Virus record (IMG/VR): IMGVR_UViG_3300016467_000679
Span: 1 to 32,093 of that record
Direction: 5' to 3' (one strand)
Source of the DNA: a virus
Taxonomy: Duplodnaviria; Caudoviricetes
DNA length: 32,093 nucleotides
The notes below the pieces were generated by a model. The model saw nothing but the letters and a program-made list of their open reading frames with translations. It did not search any database and was not told where the DNA came from. Position numbers and translations under genes: made by a program. This document shows positions 25,152 through 32,093 of this stretch, piece by piece; the stretch's first letter is position 1, and each line of letters starts with the position of its first letter.

Positions 25152-25269
25152 GTCTCTGAAAGGGGACTAAACCCGTCGACGGGTGGCATTTCGGCAGTGG
25201 GGTTGTGGCCGCAGGATCAGCGACCTTTAACCGCTCCACGGTGTGTCATCTCGGCGGGTTTTATTTTTT
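25152..25269 (+). ncRNA. Candidate structured small RNA
   Basis: TTGACT-N17-GAAGAT upstream; 11-bp and 7-bp stems closing 25169-25261 with G-U pairs valid only on the plus strand; T-rich tail. Confidence 0.45.
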
Positions 25270-25998
25270 CAGCTTGCGCGAATTCGGCCCAAAAATTCCT
25301 TCTGGAATGACATCATCAACCCAGACGTTACCCCTGGCATCACCCCTAATCGGCATCCTGACTGGGTAATCGGTATTGCGAGACTGGTCGAAATAATGGT
25401 TTCTGAATGCGATTCGTCCATTGTGGTCGACCACTGATGCCGAATCATCCGCTGCGGATATGCTCCACCGCTTCAGGTCATCTACTGAAAACCCGTCTTT
25501 CCCGACCCGACTGTCATACGCATGTCGTGGCTTATATGGGATTTGCTCAGGAACCTCTATACCTTTGTAGTCCCGCTGAAGTAGCGATTGCATAAGACTT
25601 CGTTGTTCTGCCGTTGGTTTAATGGCGTCAAATATCTTGGGATTTGTCGTTGCCCCATTTTCGAACTCAGAAAGAATCTGACCCAGCTTGTTCTTTCCAA
25701 CATCCGTCATGGATCCTGCAAAACCAGGCAGACCTTTTGCCAGCAAAGCCTTAATGACGGCTGATCCTCCAAGGGATGACGCATCCATACCAGCCATGGC
25801 AGCGTTCATCGCGCCCGACCCATAATCACCGTTCTGAATATCCTTAACAGCATCTCGGCCAGGCCCATAGACAGGGATCATGCCGACAGCGTAATCAACC
25901 AATCCTTTTCCGTATTTTTCCCACGGATTTTCCGGCGGATCCTCATGCGTCATTTCTTGCGCCAGTTTTTGCCGGCGAGCATATTCCAGAAGATCCAT
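25261..25998 (-). CDS. Putative virion-delivered toxin (pre-toxin-like N-terminus, nuclease-like C-terminus)
   Basis: GMIPVYG..D....GDY..A..A helical hairpin; C-terminal RHAYDSR..KDG...VIPEG ending in a basic tail; last gene of the ejection cluster. Confidence 0.55.
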   Translation of the reverse strand: MDLLEYARRQKLAQEMTHEDPPENPWEKYGKGLVDYAVGMIPVYGPGRDAVKDIQNGDYGSGAMNAAMAGMDASSLGGSAVIKALLAKGLPGFAGSMTDVGKNKLGQILSEFENGATTNPKIFDAIKPTAEQRSLMQSLLQRDYKGIEVPEQIPYKPRHAYDSRVGKDGFSVDDLKRWSISAADDSASVVDHNGRIAFRNHYFDQSRNTDYPVRMPIRGDARGNVWVDDVIPEGIFGPNSRKLKK

Positions 25999-26001
25999 CG
26001 A

Positions 26002-28041
26002 TCACCTAGCCCTTTCAGCACCCAAGGCCACACCAATTGCGGAACCGTATCGCTTGCTGCCGTTGATCCGCTTCATCAGCTCTTCATAAAGGCTGGCTTG
26101 AGGACCAGAAAGGTCTAGGAATGCACTTTCCGGGATCGACCCGGACAAAGCGTTATTCACTATTCTTTGGTTGCTGACAGAACGGGTCATTGAATCCAAG
26201 ATCGCTTTAGCCGCACCGACTTTTGGAGTCTTACTCATCAAGTCATTGGCTAACCCTGCCGCCATTACCCCGGTATTTGAGCGGTTGACGGCTGAGGCTG
26301 CAGGCTCTGAGTTAATTGCGCCACTGACTCTGGAAACAGCAAGCAACTTGTCCAGTTCATCCGGCGTGAAGAACGCTTTAATCTTGTCTTCACCAATAGT
26401 TCGAATGGCCTTAGCAAGGCCTGCCCCCTTCGTGACCGCATCACCGGCCGGGTTTTCCCCCAGAGCCGCACGTTGGATGTGCTCACCGAGGAGATTCTTG
26501 GCCGCCTGGAATCCTTCTGGGTCCGAAGCCCTGAGCACACCGGCCAATTTGACGACATCTTGCGTCGGCGCGTTGATGATGAACTGGTTAGCGAATTTAT
26601 CGACGTTGAGGTCTCCAGCAGATGCCTTTGCAAGACCCGGAATCTGTTCGTGAAGATTGAACCGCTCGGAAGCTGCCTGACGAGCCGCAGCGAACGGGCT
26701 GTTGCCGGGTTCTGATGACTCGATGGCACCTTTTACAGAATTCCTGAGACGATCCAGAGCAAGCTTCGTCGCCGGCTCATAGCTGTAATTGTCGTTGATC
26801 GTCTTGATCAGGCCTTCGGCGTCCATCATATTGCCGATACGCTGTGCTGATGCTCCATTGAATGACGTCCTGCCAGCATTATTGAAAGCATCCTGAACAG
26901 CCTTTGGCACATTGTCACCGAAGCTCTTGAGAACCTCCTGATACGCGTTGTCGACCGAATCCATGGGAACGATGGCATGACGACCAGAGCTTTCCCTGGC
27001 GACGTTATAAAGGTCGCTCACGCGCTTCTGAAGGCCGCTATCGAATGACCTGAGCGCGTTCACGATCACGTTATTTGCGCCGAATGATCCGGCCGGATTG
27101 GGTGACCCTAGAATGCCTTCGAGATTGTCACGAAGCGCTTTCTCTTGTCCTGAGAAATGACTCGTAAGCTCAGGATATGCCGTTCTTAGGTTCCGCTCAT
27201 TGGCGAATACCAAAGGATCTCGCGTGAGCTGCCCATGAGTAGGGCTAACCCCCAAAAGATCGAAATCAGCCTTTCGAGCCATGGCACCCGGATCCTTGCT
27301 GACCCCCGCCTCAAGTCCTGCCAGAATTTCCTGACGAAGCTTCTCAACAGCATTTCTAGGAAGACTGTTGAGATCCAGGCTACCATTGCTCACAGCGCCA
27401 TCAATCGATGCGCTGGCCTCTTGCAAAAGGCGAGACATCCTCTCTGATGCCGTCTCAGGGTTGATCACTTTAGACACTGCCCTTGAGATCGGATCTGCAA
27501 TGCCCTGCAAAAGCTTTCCAGCGGCATACCCAGCAGTTCCGCCAGCAGCCCCCATAAGGCCCTGCCCCGCCTTCTCCTTGATGAATGGTTCATCGGACGT
27601 AGCAGGCATCGTCATGCCTTCAGCAGCACCAATGACAGGAGCCGCCAAGATTGAAGTGGGATTGGCTGCCAAGGCGGGGACGGCATTACCACCTACTCGG
27701 GCCCAGTCAATTCCATCAGTCGGATGCGCTTTTTGATACTGCGCCTCGCGGCCTTTAATGATCTGATCGACACCTTCTGCGATTTGGTCAGGAATGATCC
27801 CCAGCGCAGAGGCAGAATGGGCAAAGTTCTGGCCAATTCCGACAAAGGGATCTTTTGTTCCCGTATCGATTCGGCCCAGGATATCGGTAAAAGTATCCAT
27901 GACACTTTTCCTTTTAGGCCGGTCATTCAGTACCGGATCCTGATGCGCCTGAGCGGCGGCAATCAAATCCTCTTCTGATGTGCCTTCAGGGGCTTCGATT
28001 TCAAACTCTTTATCACCAATACCGATCTTATAGATCGCCAT
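26002..28041 (-). CDS. Internal virion / DNA ejection protein
   Basis: 679 aa, Ala/Gly-rich with glycine-zipper hydrophobic segments; N-terminal FEIEAPEG.S motif; coupled to neighbours. Confidence 0.7.
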   Translation of the reverse strand: MAIYKIGIGDKEFEIEAPEGTSEEDLIAAAQAHQDPVLNDRPKRKSVMDTFTDILGRIDTGTKDPFVGIGQNFAHSASALGIIPDQIAEGVDQIIKGREAQYQKAHPTDGIDWARVGGNAVPALAANPTSILAAPVIGAAEGMTMPATSDEPFIKEKAGQGLMGAAGGTAGYAAGKLLQGIADPISRAVSKVINPETASERMSRLLQEASASIDGAVSNGSLDLNSLPRNAVEKLRQEILAGLEAGVSKDPGAMARKADFDLLGVSPTHGQLTRDPLVFANERNLRTAYPELTSHFSGQEKALRDNLEGILGSPNPAGSFGANNVIVNALRSFDSGLQKRVSDLYNVARESSGRHAIVPMDSVDNAYQEVLKSFGDNVPKAVQDAFNNAGRTSFNGASAQRIGNMMDAEGLIKTINDNYSYEPATKLALDRLRNSVKGAIESSEPGNSPFAAARQAASERFNLHEQIPGLAKASAGDLNVDKFANQFIINAPTQDVVKLAGVLRASDPEGFQAAKNLLGEHIQRAALGENPAGDAVTKGAGLAKAIRTIGEDKIKAFFTPDELDKLLAVSRVSGAINSEPAASAVNRSNTGVMAAGLANDLMSKTPKVGAAKAILDSMTRSVSNQRIVNNALSGSIPESAFLDLSGPQASLYEELMKRINGSKRYGSAIGVALGAERAR

Positions 28042-29174
28042 TATTTGATCCTCTTGACCGTGATCCTTGTGGTTTCCTGTTGGGGCTGATCCTCATAGAG
28101 GCGCGATGACCTGAGATTGAGGTAAGGATCGCTGTGATAGAACCCGTAATCGAACTTGTTGTTCTGGGACCGGTAATCCTGAGCCAGCTTTGCAAGTTCT
28201 TCCTGCCGCTTCAGGGTCCGCTCAGTGATCTGGATTAGCTTTTTCCGCCCTTCTGCCGTCATGGCGAGGCTTGGCGTCATGCTTTTCAGGAACTCACGGT
28301 CGGCGTCCGACATGGCACCAGGCATGCCAGCCCCATTCGCTGTACTGCGAAGTTGCAGCGCCATGGCATTGGCAATGGACTGGGCCGCTTCGCCAGAGGC
28401 AATCTGCTGGTCATCGACATTGATCCCGAGAAGCTGGCCGATTTTTTTGACCTTCAGGATGTCATCCCCGAAAGATCCGCTTTTGGTGTCTTTCAGAAGG
28501 TCATCGATTTGCCGCATGCTTTCAAGATTGGCCATCGTGCCCATCGGAGCTTTCTGGATGGCAGTGAAATCTTCACCAACGGCTTCACCGATCTTGGTGC
28601 CTTCTTTCTGCATCTCGTTGATTGGGCCCGTGGTATTGAGCTCGACGTCCGCCTTGCCCTGAGCCGAACCTCGCGACATGTCATAGGCGACTTGAGAACT
28701 TGTTTTGGTTGCCCATTCAAGATCTGCCGGCGTGACGGGACGGTTCTCAAGAGCAGCCCTTCGCTCTGCAATCTGAATCGCCGCAGGAGTCGCTGAAGCA
28801 TGCTGTGACTTGAGCCAGTCTTCCAGTCCGCCTTTATAGCCCTGCCGCTGGGCAAAGCCATATTCACGCATATCCTGCGTCGGGACTCCGCCCTGAGCAT
28901 AAGCATGCTGCTGGGCTTTCATCATGGCGAGAACGTCGTCCAGTGAGTTCACCCCACCCGACTGAAGCCCTGCCCGAGCCATTCGAAGGCTGGCCTGCTG
29001 CTCTGGATCTTGAGAACTTGATAACAGTTCATCAAGAACCGGTCCCATGTTCTGACGCAGCGCATTGACCTCATCAATCTTGCGATTGTCTTCCTGGTTC
29101 TGAAGCCATTGTCGAAGGCTGTAGGCATAAGCAGGATCACTGCCGGAACTGTTGAATCCTGAAAAAGCGCCCAT
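28041..29174 (-). CDS. Internal virion / DNA ejection protein
   Basis: MREYGFAQRQGYKG...W and GAMSDADREFL motifs typical of podovirus ejection proteins. Confidence 0.7.
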   Translation of the reverse strand: MGAFSGFNSSGSDPAYAYSLRQWLQNQEDNRKIDEVNALRQNMGPVLDELLSSSQDPEQQASLRMARAGLQSGGVNSLDDVLAMMKAQQHAYAQGGVPTQDMREYGFAQRQGYKGGLEDWLKSQHASATPAAIQIAERRAALENRPVTPADLEWATKTSSQVAYDMSRGSAQGKADVELNTTGPINEMQKEGTKIGEAVGEDFTAIQKAPMGTMANLESMRQIDDLLKDTKSGSFGDDILKVKKIGQLLGINVDDQQIASGEAAQSIANAMALQLRSTANGAGMPGAMSDADREFLKSMTPSLAMTAEGRKKLIQITERTLKRQEELAKLAQDYRSQNNKFDYGFYHSDPYLNLRSSRLYEDQPQQETTRITVKRIK

Positions 29175-29471
29175 TTAGTACCTCCGGCCCCGTTGCATCT
29201 GGCCACCTTGAAGCATCGACATCAAGCTCATGATGTCCTGCCCTTGCTGAGGCCTGGACATGTCTGGAGCTTGTGCCATACCCATATACTGAGAAAATCC
29301 TGGGCCTGTCCCCATGACTTTCCCTCCACCCCTTGTTGGATCTGCAGATGCTCCACTGGCGACTTTTCCGGCTCCGGCTGGTGCATTACCCATGGCCTGG
29401 TCGTACATTGATCCCGCTTGATTGCCGATTCCATAGGCCTGTTTCTCAAGCCCTTTCATGTACCCACCCAT
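29175..29471 (-). CDS. Low-complexity G/M/Q-rich virion protein
   Basis: Exactly fills the gap between its neighbours. Confidence 0.6.
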   Translation of the reverse strand: MGGYMKGLEKQAYGIGNQAGSMYDQAMGNAPAGAGKVASGASADPTRGGGKVMGTGPGFSQYMGMAQAPDMSRPQQGQDIMSLMSMLQGGQMQRGRRY

Positions 29472-30197
29472 TTAGATCACCCTTTTGCGCGAAATTTGTC
29501 CGCCGAGCTTGCCCGACAGGAGGAGTCCCAGGAGGCTGTTCAAGTTTTCACCAGCATCCTGATAGCCTGGAATCTGAAGACCGCTGGTGCGACCTTCGTC
29601 CGCAAAGCCGGTCCAAACGTTCGGGGCTGAAGAATTACCCGCCATTTTCTGGGCCCAATCAGGAAGACCCAAGGCCTCAGCCATCGCTTTTCCATTGGGG
29701 TTCCTGATGGGCATGTCCTGATTGCTGACATGCGGTAATGGACTCCAGTCTCCAGACGTCTGGGGGTTCTGAGACTGACCGCTCAGTTCTGGGAACTGCT
29801 GATCAAAAGAAAGCGACTTTGGCAGTTGTTTTGATTGCGGACCATTGGTCTTTTTGACGTAGTCCTGAGTCTCTTTGAATGGCGGAATCCCGCCGTACTT
29901 CCTCACATTGCCGGGCCCTGAGTTATAAGCGGCAAGTGCAAGCTCAGGATCATTGAATGTGGTGAGCTGCTGCTTGAGGTAACGCACCCCACCATCAATG
30001 TTTTGATAGGGATCATTGATATCAACGCCCAGATCTCTGGCCGTTCCCGGCATGAGCTGCATTGGGCCATAAGCGCCCTTTGAGGATCTTGCCGTTGGGT
30101 TTCCACCGGACTCAGCTTGATAAACCCGGGTGGCGAGCTCAGGATCGACGCCATGGAACCGTGCCCGTTCTCTCACATAATCAAGAAGGTCTTTCAT
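29472..30197 (-). CDS. Virion-associated lytic transglycosylase (SLT domain)
   Basis: AESGGNP.ARS.KGA.GPMQLMPGTA, ALAAYNSG and PPFKETQDYV motifs; GGAGG RBS. Confidence 0.9.
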   Translation of the reverse strand: MKDLLDYVRERARFHGVDPELATRVYQAESGGNPTARSSKGAYGPMQLMPGTARDLGVDINDPYQNIDGGVRYLKQQLTTFNDPELALAAYNSGPGNVRKYGGIPPFKETQDYVKKTNGPQSKQLPKSLSFDQQFPELSGQSQNPQTSGDWSPLPHVSNQDMPIRNPNGKAMAEALGLPDWAQKMAGNSSAPNVWTGFADEGRTSGLQIPGYQDAGENLNSLLGLLLSGKLGGQISRKRVI

Positions 30198-30206
30198 AAA
30201 CCCTCC

Positions 30207-31895
30207 TTAACCCATTGATCCGACGCTGACGCCACCGCCGCCGCCCTTGGAACTGCCTTGGCCCATGGAGGAGCCACGTCCCAGCACGATCGGACCACCA
30301 ATCGTGTCAGCCCATGAACTCATGCTTTGCCATGGCGCGTTAACCGTCTGGAGAGGCGCTCCGGCCATGTTTTGAACCGTTGGTGCAGCCTGAAGCCCAG
30401 CAACCTGAGAAGCCTGATTGCCGGAAACCAGATTACCGAGAAGACTCTGTAGTGCAGTGTTATTACCAGCTAGGCCAAGGTTGTAGTTTTGCTGGTTCTG
30501 CTGGTTGGTATTGTTTGCTCCCGCAAGCCCCAGATTGTAATTCTGCTGGTTCTGCTGATTGGTATTGTTCGCGCCTGCGAGGCCCAAATTGTAATTCTGC
30601 TGGTTCTGCTGATTGGTATTGTTCGCGCCTGCGAGACCCAGATTGTAATTCTGCTGATTTTGCTGATTTACGTTGTTGGAATTCGCCATCCCAAGGTTGT
30701 AATTGGTGGCGTTCTGGTTCATCCCAAGGTTGTAATTCATACGGTTGTTGTTGGCCGTATTCACGTTGTTGCCGTATCCCAGGTTGTAGTTCTGGCTGTT
30801 GGCGTTGAACGAGTTCGTGTTGTTTCCTAGACCAAGGTTGTAATTGAGGTTCTGGCTATTGTTGGTGTTCGCCGCCCCCGCAAGTCCCAGGTTGTAGTTT
30901 TGCGCGTTCTGAGCCTGCGTGTTCCCCGCATTGATGAGACCCATGTTGTAGTTCTGGTTCCCAAGGTAACGCTGGAGATTGTTACTGTCGGCCTGCTTGG
31001 CAATATCAAGCTTGTTACTAAGATCCTTGTCGAACGTGCTGTAACCAATTTGAGCCAAATTGTCCTGAAGGTTCTGGTTAATATCCTTAATGGCATTAGC
31101 CTGAGCTACACCTTGACGGGAGGATCCAGACATCCCAGCCAGTGCCGCTCTCTGGTCAATGTTGTTCAGCGCATTTTTTTGAGCAATGTTGGCTTGTCGT
31201 TGGACTGTCCCAGCCATCGCATCGGCATAAGTGTTTCCATGACCACCCATCATCTGGTCATAGATTTCCTGGGTGTTGCTTGGCTGATTCGGATTCGTAT
31301 TCTGGTTAATCAGGCGCGACTGATTCAAAAGCCGATTGCTGGTCGAAGCCGTCGGGTTCAATTGATCAAGAATGCTGCTCTGAGAGGTCTGAATCGATCC
31401 TGGTAGGTTCTGAGAGTTGTAATACGAGGGCAAGTCCTGCAAATCGCCTACTGCTCCAGGCATCGCAATCATGCTATTTGGGCCAGCACTAATCGGATTC
31501 AAAGTGTGCATCTGAGGATTTGCAATCGAATTCAACGTCTGCATCTGAGGATTTGCAATCGAATTCAACGTCTGCATCTGCGGATTGCTAATCGAATTCA
31601 ACGTCTGCATTTGAGAGTTGATCCCGCTGGCAACATCAGATCCATTCACCCCCGCATACGCCCCGCCATTTTGGAGGTTGTTAACCCCATTCATGGCGGA
31701 ATTGAACGCAGCGTTCTGATTGTTGATGACACCAGGAATCTGAGCCTGCGTATTGTCGAGAGTAACTCTTCCGACGTTGTAGGCGTTATTCCAAAGATCT
31801 TTCAAATAAGGAAGCTGATCTTTGGACAGTTTTTGATTGAACTGGCTGAAGCTTTGATTGCTTGACCGGCTGCCCGATCCACCTGCACTTGCCAT
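30207..31895 (-). CDS. Asn/Gln-rich repetitive ejection (pilot-like) protein
   Basis: Ser/Gly-rich termini, GMSGSSRQGVA motif, 11- and 18-residue repeats; GAGG RBS. Confidence 0.72.
   Translation of the reverse strand: MASAGGSGSRSSNQSFSQFNQKLSKDQLPYLKDLWNNAYNVGRVTLDNTQAQIPGVINNQNAAFNSAMNGVNNLQNGGAYAGVNGSDVASGINSQMQTLNSISNPQMQTLNSIANPQMQTLNSIANPQMHTLNPISAGPNSMIAMPGAVGDLQDLPSYYNSQNLPGSIQTSQSSILDQLNPTASTSNRLLNQSRLINQNTNPNQPSNTQEIYDQMMGGHGNTYADAMAGTVQRQANIAQKNALNNIDQRAALAGMSGSSRQGVAQANAIKDINQNLQDNLAQIGYSTFDKDLSNKLDIAKQADSNNLQRYLGNQNYNMGLINAGNTQAQNAQNYNLGLAGAANTNNSQNLNYNLGLGNNTNSFNANSQNYNLGYGNNVNTANNNRMNYNLGMNQNATNYNLGMANSNNVNQQNQQNYNLGLAGANNTNQQNQQNYNLGLAGANNTNQQNQQNYNLGLAGANNTNQQNQQNYNLGLAGNNTALQSLLGNLVSGNQASQVAGLQAAPTVQNMAGAPLQTVNAPWQSMSSWADTIGGPIVLGRGSSMGQGSSKGGGGGVSVGSMG
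30470..30960 (-). repeat. 54-bp (18-aa) coding repeats, ten NYN(L/M)G units
   Basis: Three units encode the identical peptide NYNLGLAGANNTNQQNQQ with synonymous differences. Confidence 0.9.
31496..31620 (-). repeat. 33-bp (11-aa) tandem coding repeat, about four copies (NPQMQTLNSIA)
   Basis: Near-identical GCATCTGAGGATTTGCAATCGAATTCAACGTCT units. Confidence 0.9.
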
Positions 31896-31907
31896 ACTTT
31901 TACCTCA

Positions 31908-32093
31908 CTAGAATTCGACAATTGTGTGGAGTGCTTTAGCGGATGGAATGGCCCTTGACCAACCAGCTCTGCCGCAAGCCCTTATCCCTTCACATCCAAA
32001 ATCGGCGGCCATTTTTCTAAGCATTTCAAGACCGTCATCCAGCCATTCCGACATGCGTTCTCCGCCAATTCCGGGAACAAAGAGAACTCTGCG
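31908..32093 (-). CDS. Virion morphogenesis protein, 5'-truncated by window edge
   Basis: Open frame ...GIGGERMSEW...GCEGIRACGRAGW...IVEF stop; the GRxGW motif is typical of the gene preceding ejection proteins. Confidence 0.65.
   Translation of the reverse strand, partial: RRVLFVPGIGGERMSEWLDDGLEMLRKMAADFGCEGIRACGRAGWSRAIPSAKALHTIVEF

Larger units (their letters stand above)
1..32093. mobile_element. Temperate podovirus-like phage genome segment (excised/circular form, permuted)
   Basis: Terminase, portal, scaffold, capsid, tail fibre, cI/cro, replication, recombination, integrase and ejection genes fill the window. No host genes are present, and phage genes lie on both sides of int/attP. 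Confidence 0.95.

Noticed and set aside
29472-30197. SLT as the lysis endolysin
   Set aside because: It is embedded in the ejection cluster, has a low-complexity tail and no adjacent holin or spanin; lysis genes are probably outside the window.
30470-31620. Repeat arrays as a CRISPR array or ncRNA repeats
   Set aside because: Units are contiguous, in-frame multiples of 3 with no unique spacers; variation is mostly synonymous; no cas genes.
197-31865. Numerous antisense or alternate-frame ORFs in the track (e.g. 4709-5185, 9343-9894, 23888-24433, 26171-26653, 30900-31406)
   Set aside because: They are shadows of well-supported genes, with no motifs or translation signals.
30207-31895. Prion/amyloid protein
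   Set aside because: N/Q-rich composition alone is not enough; helical periodicity and position among ejection genes explain it better.

Overview
The whole window is part of one temperate, podovirus-like tailed phage of a probable proteobacterial host. It appears in the excised/circular (intact attP) arrangement, circularly permuted. Left to right: tail fibre, adaptor, major capsid (DUF5309/SU10-like), scaffold, portal and terminase genes (minus strand); nin-like accessory genes with dUTPase; a replication initiator with an internal iteron origin; a cro/cI switch with mirrored promoters and operators; an early plus-strand operon (exonuclease, RecT-like annealer, SSB, Acb2/Tad1-like protein, AlpA-like Xis, HNH); a P4-like tyrosine integrase and attP; then a minus-strand ejection/internal-virion cluster with a lytic transglycosylase. 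Two observations stand out. (1) The attP core reads ATGCTGTTGATGATCGACAACTA (MLLMIDN[Y]), the start of trpG/pabA, suggesting integration into and replacement of that gene's 5' end. (2) The last ejection-cluster gene looks like a pre-toxin plus RNase-type toxin and is met head-on by a candidate ~95-nt structured RNA with its own promoter-like sequence, a possible virion-delivered toxin/RNA-antitoxin pair. All family assignments come from motif recognition by eye; no searches were run.
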